The translations under genes were made by a program, and so were the position numbers. Positions 23,920 through 35,851 of a DNA stretch of 64,000 bases are shown here, one piece after another (position 1 is the stretch's first letter; every line of letters starts with the position of its first letter). Location: assembly GCF_020745735.1 (NCBI RefSeq), contig NC_083426.1, forward strand, positions 12,214,001-12,278,000, given 5' to 3'. The DNA is from Hemiscyllium ocellatum. Lineage: Eukaryota. Below the pieces are notes generated by a model. The model was given only the letters and a program-made list of their open reading frames with translations. It was not told the DNA's origin and searched no databases.

Positions 23920-25790
23920 ACCGGGATCGTCATTGTGTGCAACTACAGAAGATGGGAGAGATATTCAACAAATATTTCGAATATTTTACTGTGGAGAAAG
24001 ACATGGAGGTTAGGGAATTCAGGGAAATGAACATTGATGTCATGAAAACGGTCCATATTACAGAAAGAGGAAGTCCTGAAAATCTTAAAAAAGAAATCTC
24101 CAGGACCTGATCAAGTGCATCCCAGGACAGTGTGGAAATTAGGGAAGAAATTGTGGGTCCCCCTAGCATTGCTATTTGTATCATCCACAGTCACGGGTGA
24201 GGTGCTGGAGGATGTAAGGGTGGCTAACGTTATCCCTTTATGTAGGAAAGGCTGTGTGGAGAAGCCTGGGAATTACATTTCTGTGAGTCTGATATCAGTG
24301 ACGGGTAAGTGAGAATCATAGAATGACAGATTCCGTACAGTGTGAAACAGGCCATTCGGCCCAACAATTCCACACCAACCCTCCGACGAGCATCCTACAC
24401 AGAAACATTTCCCCTGTCTAACGCACCTAACCTGTACATCCCTGAAAACAATGGGGCAATTTATCACGTCCAATTCACCCAGCCTGCACATCTTTGGACT
24501 GTTGTTGGAGGGCGTTTTAAAGTTTGGATTGACATATATTTGGACAGACAAGAACTAATTCGGGATATTGTGTGGGAAGTCGTGCATTACAAACTTGGTT
24601 CTATTTTTTTCAGGATGTAAGCAAAAAGATTGATGAGGGGGAACAGTAATTGTTGTCTCCATGGACTTTAGTAACAAGGTTCCACATTCAGGAGTGATTT
24701 GTAAAGTTAGATCACATGGGATTCAGGATGAGCTTGCGAATTGAATACAAAATTAGCTTGATGGCAGGAGACAGAGGGTGGTGGAGGGTCATTTTTTTGG
24801 ATTGGAGGCCTGTGACCAGTGGTGTTCAGCAGGGATCAGTGTTAATTATATAAACAATATGAATGACAATTTAGATGGCATGGTTCGTAAGTTTATGAAT
24901 GACACCAAAATTGGTGGTATTGTTGACAGTGACAAAAGTTATCTATGATTACAAAGGGATCTTGATCAATTGGGCCAATGCACTGAGGATTGGCAGATGG
25001 AGTTTATTTTGTTGAATGTGGGGTATAGCCTTTTGGTAAAACAAAACAGGACGGGAGTTACACAATTAAAAGTACGGCCTGGGGTCGTGTTGTCAAACAG
25101 AGTGACCCTGGGGATCTTTGATATTTGCATCACAGGTAGAGAGGATGGTTAAGAAGGTATTTAACATGCTTACTCTCATTGCTCAGACCATTGAGTGTAG
25201 GAGTTGGAATATTGCGTTTAGCTTATACAGAATGATGCTGAGACCACTTTTGGTTTCATGTGTACAGTTCGAGTCAGCCTGCTTCAGGAAGGTTATTATT
25301 AAATTGAAGAGGCTTCAGAACAGATCTACTAAGATGTTGCTGTGACTGGAGGGTTTGAGTGATAGGGATAGGCTGGGACTTTTTCCCCTGGAGCGGAGGA
25401 GGTTGGGAGGTGACTTTATCGAGGTTTTTTAAATCATGAGGGGTAGGTGATAAGGTGTTTAGCAAAGGTTTCTTTCACGAGACTGGGAAAGTTCAAAGTG
25501 AGGGGTCATGTTTTCACAGTGAGAGGAGACAGATCTGAAAGGAATCTAAGGGACAATATTTTCATGCAGAGGGTGTTTTATATGTGGAATGAAATGCCAG
25601 AGAACATGGGAGGTGAAGGGGCAGTTGCAACATCAAAACGACATTTGGATCAATACATAAATAAGAAAGATTTGGAGGGAAATGTGCCAGATGCAAGCAA
25701 GTGGGACTGGTTTATTTGAGAAACGTTTTCAGCACGGACGTATTAAACTGAAGGGTCTATTTCTGTGCCATATGTGTCTATGACACTGAA
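23920..25790 (+). mobile_element. Old decayed CR1 ORF2 fragment with a small nested SINE/CR1-tail piece (~24.31-24.51 kb)
   Basis: Degenerate RT motifs (VRVANVIPLCRKG, PGNYISVSL, WQMEF); paralog of the 10.5 and 59.5 kb fragments. Confidence 0.75.
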
Positions 25791-25872
25791 TGCGATAGTG
25801 AAGGGCAAGGTGTTGGGGGTTGTTGGTTTTTCAATTATAGTCAGTTTTGTCACAAATGTTTATTTCCCAACG

Positions 25873-26195
25873 AAGCCATCTCTGTTTCTGGACTTCAATT
25901 TTAATCCCAACCAAATGTCTCATTTCTGGGGGTTCAGTGACAGTCTCCTGTGAGTCTGTCCAAGGATCCCTCCCCATTCACTACACAGGGTCTGAGAAGA
26001 CCCCATCTCAAGATTCAAAGATCTCTGACACCAATAAACTGGATCTACATTGTCAATCCTTCACACAGCAACATCATCAATATTACTGCACAGCCTCAAA
26101 TACTCAGGGAACAAATCCCAGTGAAATGGTTCATGTCTCAGTTCCCAGTGTAGCAAGGAGGGGCTGGAGTTCCATGATATAAATCAGCAGCATCG
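25873..26195 (+). pseudogene. Dead C2b Ig exon copy 3, inside gene B intron 3
   Basis: Acceptor AG lost (tttcccaacg), early TAA, frameshift, and the shared terminal TAA at 26180-26182. Confidence 0.85.
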
Positions 26196-27144
26196 GTAAG
26201 TTTCCTACAAACACTGAGGCTGACACATTCTTTCAATGTTTATTCAAACTGCTCATTGGTTAAGTTTCTTTCATACTTCAGAATAACTGCACCTCATCAC
26301 ATTATGTCTCTATGATATTTGAACAATTTTGAACAAGGTGTTAACTTATTTATGAGAATGGACAAGATTGTAATAAAGCTTCAGAAAATGCATGCGTGCT
26401 TCACTCCAGCTTTGTGTTACATCTCACAGCTTGTGTGTGTTATACCTTTAATAGATAAAGTTCATCACTGTATCGTAGCATGTGACCTGAGGGGATAATG
26501 GTGTCAGACTCCATCTTAGTCAGGGTCACATCAGGCATGACATGCTGATGGACGGATGTCACTGTTTGTAATTGAATACCTCAGTTCCAGCCCAGATCCT
26601 GAAGTGTCTCTGGCTGTGAGATATGTTTCGCCAGATGCTGGTGTAAATATCTGTTGATTTGTCAGTCCAACAAAATCCATGTCTTGTTCTCATGTAACAG
26701 GAGCTAACGTAAAGATGACATCATTGGGTCTAAATACAATAGTGGAGGCAAAAGTCCCAGTGGAAGCTCACCCAACAATCACAGGATATTACTGGGCAGA
26801 GCAGGGGCCATTGTCCAGTGGGAGCAGTGACCAGCTCAGTGGCTGGAACTTTCTTTTATGTTTGACAAGGATGAGAAAGGGGAATATAGACTCACCAACT
26901 TCAGGCTTTCAAATGCTTTAATAAAAATACAGGAGCATCAATGTCCGGGTGAGGAACAAAATACAAGTTTTAGGCAAACTCGGTCACTACCACATCTCTC
27001 CAGACAGGGGGGGTTAGAGACAAATGAATTCAACAAAATCCATGATTCACAACAAGTCCTGAGGTTCCATTGGTGAGGAGAGCTCTCTTGGTTGTCTGTA
27101 AGTGAGACGCAGATGAAGCTGAATATTACCTTATGTCTCAACAG

Positions 27145-27391
27145 GAAGTGAATATACTTGTGACAAATCCTCAACAATATCATCAACAACATCAACTACA
27201 ATATCATCAACATTAACTACAATATCATTAACGACATCAACAATATCATCATCAACATCAACTACAATATCACCGACAACTTCACCAACAATATCATCAA
27301 CAACTTCACCAACAATATCATCAACAAATACACCAACAATATCATCAACAACAACAGGAATATCTTCAGGACCCAAGTCTGTCAGTAAAAG
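27145..27391 (+). CDS. Gene B exon 4, long mucin-like stalk (81 full codons, TISS/TTSP repeats)
   Basis: ctcaacag acceptor and AG|gtagaa donor, 247 nt, phase 1 to 2; open S/T/P/I-rich frame built of ~12-nt repeats. Confidence 0.85.
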
Positions 27392-28267
27392 GTAGAACAA
27401 TTTCATTGTCAATATTTCCATTAGCATTGATTCCAGTGAGAATAAGTGACTGAGCATAGGCTTGCAATAAGTTTCAATTTTAGGTGATAACTTATCAGAA
27501 TGTCAATGGTCACTGATTTCATGCAATGTCATTATGTTTGTTTCCTTATTGGTGAGCTGAAGGTGAGATTTTCTGACTGTTTTAACTTTAGTTTTAATTA
27601 GCAAAGGGGTTCAATTTCCAGGTCGTAACATTTACAACGTTGTTATTTACATTATTGGAATTCATAACAGGAAATGCCAATTTTCTGTTTGCCCCATCCC
27701 AGTTTAAACGCTTTATTATTCTTCTAAGCTCATGGTGTTGTATATGTCAAAGAAATGATACAATTTGTTGAGCCAGGGTGTCTGGAATATCACTGCCAGG
27801 GACATTACATTCTCTCACATCTTCTCCTCCTCCATTCTCTCATGTTAAACATTATTCCCAAACTGAGAGGGTGGGAGGCTGTCTGGTTCCAGCTGGTTAA
27901 GCCTTGCCTGTTAGAAGGTGCAGGAGCAGTGTGGGATGATGCTATTCTGAGTTCCTCACTCACTGAAGAGACGTCTCACCCACTGGAATATTACACCAGA
28001 CTGCAGTGCTCCTGTAAATATCCATCCACATCCAATAATCCTCATTGACAACAAGATGCTGAGCATGACAGGACGTGGAACTGAAACTTGTTACATTTGG
28101 CCTTTATATATTGTTCAAGTCAATCAAAAATTAAATTGTAAATTAATTTTAGCTGTGCTGCTTTATTTTGTTACAATATACTGCAGTGTGAACAGGAGAT
28201 AAATGTTTCAAACATCAAGCTGTCTTGTTTCCTTCAAATGATTTTGTATTTCTTCTGTTTTACACAG

Positions 28268-28358
28268 TTACATTGCCTGGGATGTGATACGCTGGGTACT
28301 CTTCACTCTCCTGGTGATTTGTTCTGTTTCAGTCACAATGTTTACACAAAAACATGAG
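28268..28358 (+). CDS. Gene B exon 5, transmembrane (YIAWDVIRWVLFTLLVICSVSVTMFTQKHE), open-ended
   Basis: Phase 2 to 0, 91 nt, GAG|gtgagc donor; in frame with the stalk exon. Confidence 0.85.
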
Positions 28359-29251
28359 GTGAGCATCATGGCCTTTACAAGAATGATGTTGAGCACTCTA
28401 AGTTCCCCATCAATGAGGTGATCCTGGTGGAGGGGTTTCGAAGCAGGAGACACAGTTTGAGAAGAATGGGTTGACCATTTGGGACTGAGTTGAGCAGGAA
28501 TTTCTTCACTCAGAGGGTGATGGTTTGTTGGAATTCTCTGCCCCAGAGAGCTCTGGAGGCTCCAGCCTTGAGTACATTCAAAACAGAGATCAATAATGTT
28601 CTGGGTAATAAAGATATGGAGGGACATGGCAGGAGTGCAAGGAAAATGGTATTCAGGTGGAAGATCTGCCCTGATGCAGGTGAATGCTGAGGGACCCTTG
28701 AGGGGCTGAATGGCCTACTCTGTTCCTGCCTCATCTCTCTCCATGGTGGCCTCAGGCTGTTAAATGCTGTCATTGCATCAGCCTCCATCATTTCGTCTGA
28801 CAGATCGTTTCACACACATACCCACCCTTTGTGTGAAAATGTTACTCCTCAGGTCATTTTGAAATAATTTCCCTCTCACCTTCAACCTCTGCCCTCTAGG
28901 TCTGGACACCCCCATTGAGGAAAAACACCTTGGCTGTTCACCCTGCCCATTCCCTTGTTTAAATCTTATTGGATAATATAGTCATGTGTCCTAATCTGGA
29001 ATGAAGACAATGTAAATGCTGTTGGGCAGAGATATAAGTGAGTTAGTGTGTAATAGTTTGATTGGATGGAACCTTGTTATCGGTTAAAATAATAAAATAC
29101 ATTTGTTGTTATTCAAACAAATTGATTTATTCAACATTTGATGGGATGTACAGCTCCCGTGCATACATTAATAAATATGTAAACAAAGAAACCTGAGTCT
29201 GATCTAAAGAGGAAATACAGTATCAAATCCTCCTTTCTGGGACTCTCATAG

Positions 29252-29323
29252 AACAGAGGAGGTGCCAGAGAGCAAAAGGAAATGACATATTCCCAGATCA
29301 CTGTCATACTGTTCCTCACATAG
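29252..29323 (+). CDS. Candidate gene B cytoplasmic exon (NRGGAREQKEMTYSQITVILFLT-stop)
   Basis: ctctcatag acceptor gives a phase-0 open frame containing TYSQI; acceptor choice is not certain. Confidence 0.35.
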   Translation, partial: NRGGAREQKEMTYSQITVILFLT

Positions 29324-30600
29324 TGTTATAGAGTCATAGAGATGTGCAGCATGGAAACAGACCCTTCGGTCCAACTCATCCATGCCAACCAGATATTGAG
29401 TCCAATCTAGTCCTACCTGCCAGAACTTGGCCCATATCCTTCCAAACTCTTCCTATTCCTATACCCAACCAGATACCTTTTAAATGTTGCAATTGTACTA
29501 GCTCCACTACTTCCTTTGGCAGTTCATTCCAAACACGCACCAGCCGCTGCATATAAAGTTGCTCCTTAGGTCTACTTTATATCTTTCCTCTCTCACCCTA
29601 AACCTATGCCCTCTAGTTCTGGACTCCCCCACACCAGGGAAAAGGCCTTGTCTATATATCCTATACAGGCCCCTAATGATTTTGTAAAACTCTATAAGGT
29701 CACCCCTCAGCCTCCGACACTCCAGGGAAAACAATCCCAGCCTATTCAGCCTCTCCCTGTAGCTCAGATCCTCCAACCCTGGCAACATCCTTGTAAATCT
29801 TTTCTGAACCCTTTCAAGTTTCACAACATCTTTCCAATAGGAAGGAGACCAGAATTGCACGCAATATTCTGACAGTGGCCTAACCAATGTCCTGTACAGC
29901 CGCAACATGACCTCCCAACTCCTATACTCAATACTCTGACCAATGAAGGAAAGCATACCAAATGCCTTCTTCACTATCCTATCTACCTGTGACTCCACTT
30001 TCAAGGAGCTATGAATCTGCACTCCATTGTCTCTTTGTTTAGTAACACTCCCTAGGACCTGACCATTGAGTGTATAAGTCCTGCTAAGGTTTGCTTTCCC
30101 AAAATGCAGCACCTCACATTTATCTAACTTGAACTCCATCTGCCACTTATCAGCCATTGGCCCATCTGGTCAAGATCCCGTTGTAATCTGAAGTAAGCTT
30201 CTTCGCTGTCCACTCCACCACCAATTTTGATGTCATCTGAAAATTATGAACTATACCTCTTAGGCTCACATCCTAATCATTGAGATAAATGATGAAAAGT
30301 AGTGGACCCAGCACTGATCCTTGTGACACTCCACTGGCCAGAGGCCTCCAGTCTGAAAAACAACCCTCTCCCACCATCCTCTGTCTTCTACCTTTGATTC
30401 ACTTCTGGATCCAAATATCTTGTTCTCCCTGCGTTCAGTGAGATCTAACCTTACTAACCAATCTTCCATGAGGAACCTTGTCAAAAGCCTTACTGAAGTC
30501 CATATAGATCACATTTATTGCTCTGCCCTCATCAATTTTCCTTGTTACTTCTTCCAAAGATTCAATCAAGTTTGTGAGACATGATTTCCCACACACAAAG

Positions 30601-30908
30601 CAGCACGGTGGCACAGTGGTTAGCACTGCTGCCTCACAGCGCCTGAGACCCAGGTTCAATTCTCGACTCAGGCGACTGAGTGTGTGGAGTTTGCACGTTT
30701 TCCCCGTGTCGCGTGGGTTTCCTCCGGGTGCTCCGGTTTCCTCCCACATTCCAAAGATGTGCGGGTCAGGTGAATTGGCCATGCTAAATTGCCATTAGTG
30801 TTAGGTAAGGGGTAAATGTAGGGGTATGGGTGGGTTGCGCTTCGGCTGGTTGGTGTGGACTTGTTGGGTCGAAGGGCCTGTTTCCACACTGTAAGTAATC
30901 TAATCTAA
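30601..30908 (+). mobile_element. Young HE1/V-SINE inserted in the CR1
   Basis: A-box TGGCACAGTGG, B-box-like GGTTCAATTC, V-domain, GTAAGTAATCTAATCT tail; interrupts the RT frame at CGKSCLT. Confidence 0.9.
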
Positions 30909-31416
30909 AAAGCCATGCTGACTTTCCCTTATCAGTCCTTGCTTTTCCAAATACATGTACATCCTGTCCCTCAGGATTCCCTCCAACAACTTGCCCAACA
31001 CTGACGTCAGGCTCACTGGGCTATGGCTTCGTGACTTGTCCTTACCACCTTTCTTGAACAGTGGCACCATGTTAGGCAACCTCCAGTCTTCTGGCACCTT
31101 ACCTGTGAGTATAGATGACACAAATACTTCAGTAAGAGGGCCAGCAATCACTACCCTAGCTTCCCACAGAGTTCTAGGGTACATCTAATCAGGTCGTAGG
31201 GATTCATCCACTTTTATGCATTTCAAGCCATCCAGCACTTCCTCCTCTGCAATATGGACATTTTTCAAGATGTCACCATCTGTTTCCCTACATTCTATAA
31301 CTTACACGTCCTTTTCCACAGTAAATACAGATGCAAAATACCAATTAGTTTCTCCCCCATCTCCTGCACATTCACACAAAGGCCGCCTTGTTGATCTTTG
31401 AGGGGCCCTATTCTCT

Positions 31417-32561
31417 GCTGCAAATGTGTTGCTGGTTAAAGCACAGCAGGTTAGCTGGAAGGAGACAGAGGGTAGTAGTTGATGGACTATGTTCATCTTG
31501 GAGTGCAGTTACTAGCGGTGTACCACAAGGATCTGTTTTGGGACCATTGCTTTTTGTTATCTTTATAAATGATCTAGAGGAAGGGCTTGAAAGCTGGGTA
31601 AGCAAGTTTGCGGATGACACAAAAGTTGGTGGAGTTGTGGATAGTGAGGAAGGAAGTGGTAGGTTACAGCAGGATATAGATAAGTTGCAGAGCTGGGCAG
31701 AAATGTGGCAAATGGAATTCAATGTAGCTAAGTGTGAAGTCATTCACTTTGGTAGGAGTAACAAGAAGATGGATTACTGGGCTAATGGTAGGCTACTTGG
31801 TAGTGTGGATGAGCAGAGGGATCTTGGTGTCCATGTACACAGATCTCTGAAAGTTGCCACCCAGGTAAATAGTGCTGTGAGGAAGGCATATGGTATACTG
31901 GGCTTTATTGGTAGAGGAATTGAGTTCCGGAGTCCTGAGGTCATGTTGCAACTGTATAAGACTCTGGTGCGGCCTCATCTGGAGTATTGTGTGCAGTTTT
32001 GGTCGCCATACTATAGGAAGGATGTGGAGGCATTGGAACGAGTGCAGAGGAGGTTTACCAGGATGTTGCCTGGAATGGTAGGAAAATCTTATGAGGAAAG
32101 GCTGAGGCACTTGGGGCTGTTCTCAGTGGAGAAGAGAAGGTTTAGGGGAGATTTGATAGAGGTGTATAAGATGATTAGGGGTTTAGACAGGGTCGACACT
32201 GAGAACCTTTTACCGCTAATGGAGTCAGGTGTTACTAGGGGACACAGCTTTAAATTAAGGGGTGGTAGGTATAGGACAGATGTTAGGGGTAGATTCTTTA
32301 CACAGCGGGTTGTGAGTTCATGGAATGCCCTGCCAGTAGCAGTGGTGAACTCTCCTTCTTTATGGTCATTTAAACTGGCATTGGATAGGCATTTGGAAGT
32401 TATTGGGCTAGTGTAGGTTAGGTAGGATTCGGTCGGCGCAACATCGAGGGCCGAAGGGCCTGTACTGCGCTGTATCTTTCTATGTTCTATGTTCTATGTA
32501 GGTTAGGCAGCATCCAAGGAATAGGAAATTTGACGTTTTGGCATTAGCCCTTTCATCATTT
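31417..32561. mobile_element. Short Penelope-like insert, itself split by a young CR1
   Basis: 14-bp TSD GGGCCCTATTCTCT (31403-31416 / 32562-32575); same family as 60323-60424; decayed GAAAC-GTC-type hammerhead core at ~32530-32558 (minus). Confidence 0.7.
31455..32498 (+). mobile_element. Young 5'-truncated CR1 with an uninterrupted RT C-terminal frame
   Basis: ORF 31388-32416 is stop-free through GVPQGSVLGP, FADDTK and RPHLEYCVQFW; (TTCTATG)n tail; TSD (C/T)AGGTTAG. Confidence 0.93.
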
Positions 32562-33459
32562 GGGCCCTATTCTCTCCCTAGTTACCCTTTTGTCCTTACT
32601 GTATTTGTAAAAGCACTTAGGATTCTTCTTAAACCTATTTGCCAAAGCCATCTCATTTCCCCTTTTTTCCCTCATGATTTCTCTTTTAAGTATACTTCTA
32701 CTGCCTTGATACTCTTCTAAGGATTCACTCGATCTATCCTGTCTATACCTGACATGTGCTTCCTTCTTTTCTTTAATGAAGTTCTCAATTTCTTTAGTCA
32801 TCCAGGATTCCCTGTACCTTCCAGCCTTTCCTTTCACCCTGACAGGAATATACTTTCTCTGGACTTTTGTCATCTCATTTTTGAAGGCTTCCCATTTTCC
32901 ATCCATCCCTTTACCTGCAAACATCTGCCCCCTATTAGCTTTTGAAAGTTTTTGCCTAACACAGTCAAAATTGGCTTTTCTCCAATTTAGAATGTCAAAT
33001 TTGAGATGCACTTTGAATGCTGCCTGAACTGCTGTGCTCTTCCAGCACCACTAATCCGAAATTTGAGATGTGGTCTATCCTTTTCCATCATTATTCTAAA
33101 ACTAACAGAATTATGGTCCCTGGCCCAAAGTACTCCCCCACTGACACCTCAGTCACCTGCCCTGCCTTATTTCCCAAGAGTAGGTCAAGTTTTGCACATT
33201 CTCTAGTAGGTACACCCACATACTGAATCAGAAAATTGTCTTGTACACACTTAAGAAATTCCTCTCCATCTAAATCTTTAAAACAATGGCAGTGCCAGTC
33301 GATGTTTGGAAAGTTAAAATCCCCTACCATAACTACCCTATTATTCTCTCTCTCACTCTCTCTCCCTCACACACATGCACACATCTTCCCTCTGCCTCTC
33401 TCCCCCACCACCATGCCACCTCCCACCCCACTACACACAAACGCACACACATACAAGTC

Positions 33460-33991
33460 TATGGGATGAAATGCATTTGCAAATTTGTATTTACAGATAT
33501 TTTAGATTGTGTTCAAAAAACACACAATCTATAGACAGTGAGTAAATGTGATATTTTATAAATCCCTTCTTTCAAAATGAATCCTGTCTGACTCCATGCT
33601 GGAAACAGACTCTAACCTCATTCCTGCAATGCATTGTCTGAGCTGACGTGGCACTTTTTTATTTACAGATAAAACTTGAAGATATATCGGGATGATGACT
33701 TGACAGAAATTCTGGGATTTACATATTAATCAATGGAAACCTGCAGCCTCATTCTAAGTGACTGAAGACTTAACAGCAATCTAGGTTTCTCTAATACATT
33801 GTATCCATTGTGTGATACTTTGTTCTTTTATTTATAAATTCTGTGCCCGATGTATCCTGCCTCAATGACTCCCTGAAAAAGGAGTTGTGCTCTGAAAGCT
33901 TGTATTTTAAAATAAACCTGTTGGACTATAACCTGGTGTTGTGTGATTTTCAGCTTTGTCCACGCCAGGCCAACAGCAGCCCCTCCACATC
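33460..33991 (+). mobile_element. Penelope-like terminal-repeat remnant (duplicate at ~41650-42172)
   Basis: Ends in a decayed CTGA-A-A-AGGAG...CTCTGAAAGCT core plus AAATAAACCTGTTGGACTATAACCTGG; body is homologous to 12.3-12.59 kb. Confidence 0.6.
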
Positions 33992-34805
33992 CTGAATCTT
34001 CTTGCCAGTGACTCATATCCAGCAGACAGTGAGTGCTGAGCCTGAGTCTGAATGACAGTTGTTCACCTCTCCAAGGAGACAGCTAGACATACGGCTCGGG
34101 ATTGATAGTGATGGTTGATGCCTCCATCCCCATTGATCCAGTTTAAGGACTGTCTCTGACATACCGACCTGCTGTGATTGTGCTTGTCTCTGCATTTTCA
34201 CAACTTCAATAAAATTACACCTGACAGTCCTGAATGTTGAAGCCATTGTCTCTGTCACAGCACATTCACCTTTCCTTCGCCACTGACTCCAGCCATCTCC
34301 CTGCTCAACAGAGCCCTCATCCATGATGTTATTAGTTTCATGTCCAACCATTCCAACGTCATTCAATCTGGCCTTGAATCTTCCAATTTACACTCTTCCA
34401 TCTCTCTGCTCCAGCTTTGCATCTTTGAAGGTGCTATGTGAATGCAACTTGCCATATTCGCAAACACACTGACAAGGCAAGGCTTTCAAATGAATGTGCT
34501 TCTCAGCTCACTGTAGTTAGAAAGCTGCAAATCCACCGATCATTCTGAAATAATGTGAAGTTTTATCCCAAACATGACAATCCAAATTAAGTTCAATGGA
34601 ATTAAATAATTTTAAAACTTTATGAAATTAAAATTTAAATCTGGTAAAATAGATTTCTTCCCAAAATTATTTTATTTTTAAATATGTTTCTGTCTGCAGC
34701 ATGCTGTGTGTGAATGGCTCATTGTAAATGATCACACATTCAGTTTGGGCCCATTCCATTAAACTCTCAAACAGGTTCATGGTCAATGAGGAATGTAACT
34801 GAGAA

Positions 34806-35160
34806 TTATAGAGTCCCTACAGTGCAGAAAGAGGCCATTTGGCCCATCTGGTCTGCGCCATGCATCTGAAGAGCATCCCACCAGACCCAGAACCCCACTC
34901 TTTCCCACAGCCACACATTTCCCATGGCTAACCCACTGAGACTATACATCCCTGGACACTCTGGGCAATTCAGCATGACCATTCCACCTAATCTGCACAT
35001 TGGTAGACAGTGGGAAAAAACTGTAGCACTTGGAGAAAACCCACACAGACTCAGGGAGAACATACAAAGTGTACACAGACAATCACCCAAGGTTTGAACT
35101 GAACTCAGGTCACGGGGACTGTGAGGCAGCAGTGCTAACCGCTGAGACACTGTGCTGTCC
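34806..35160 (-). mobile_element. Older V-SINE (duplicate at ~42989-43342)
   Basis: Reverse complement has the head GCACAGTGTCTCAGCGGTTAGCACTGCTGCC and a CR1-like 3' end. Confidence 0.75.
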
Positions 35161-35542
35161 ATTTCTGAGAAGTTGAGATGTAAAATGCAAGTTTCCACAC
35201 TTGTTGCATGTTTTGATGTTCATTGTGTTTTCACACTATCAGAAAAAAGTGTGAATATTATCAAGGGAGATGTGTGATAGACAGCCATGGATGTACAATG
35301 AGAGTAAGTGTTAGTTACTTTGGTCTGCAAATTGGAGAGAGAGCTGCCCTGGTACAGCACTTGCTGAAGGCTCATGTTGTGGGGCCTGGTCCATTTGAAG
35401 GACATTGTTGGATGTGGATGTAACAAACAGTGGACAGATGTATCGGGGTCCAGCCTGAGTGGGATGTAGGTTATGAATCACAAAGAGGACAGCTGAAAGG
35501 GGAGAGAAGCTCTTCCAAAGGACCAGAAGAAGAGTTATCAAT

Positions 35543-35851
35543 GGGCGGCACGGTGGCACAGTCGTTAGCACTGCTGCCTCACAGTGCCTGAGACCCGGGT
35601 TCTATTCCCGACTCAGGCGACTGACTATGTGGAGTTTGCACATTCTCCCCGTGTCTGCGTGGGTTTCCTCCGGGTGCTCCGGATTCCTCCCACATTCCAA
35701 AGATGTGCGGGGTCAGGTGAATTGGCCATACTAAATTGCCCGTAGTGTTAGGTAAGGGGTAAATGTATGGGTATGGGTGGGTTGCGCTTTGGCATGTCAG
35801 TGTGGACTTGTTGGGCCGAAGGGCCTGTTTCCACACTGTAAGTAATCTAAT
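35543..35851 (+). mobile_element. Young HE1/V-SINE specific to duplication copy X
   Basis: Canonical head, V-domain and tail; paralogous site at ~43.74 kb is empty. Confidence 0.9.

Larger units (their letters stand above)
29325..33340 (-). mobile_element. CR1 LINE ORF2 (endonuclease to 3'UTR), decayed, host of nested insertions
   Basis: Minus-strand ORF pieces from MVGDFNFPNIDW to GHRFRVREERYK, and a CTATGACT-type tail at ~29330. Confidence 0.92.

Noticed and set aside
19326-28358. True PIGR ortholog (gene symbol assignment)
   Set aside because: pIgR has tandem V domains. These genes have one V plus one C2, a charged TM and multiple paralogs. No symbol assigned without phylogeny.
30601-30680. 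tRNA gene
   Set aside because: tRNA-derived head of an HE1 SINE, followed by the V-domain and tail; no full cloverleaf. The same applies to 13208 and 35543.
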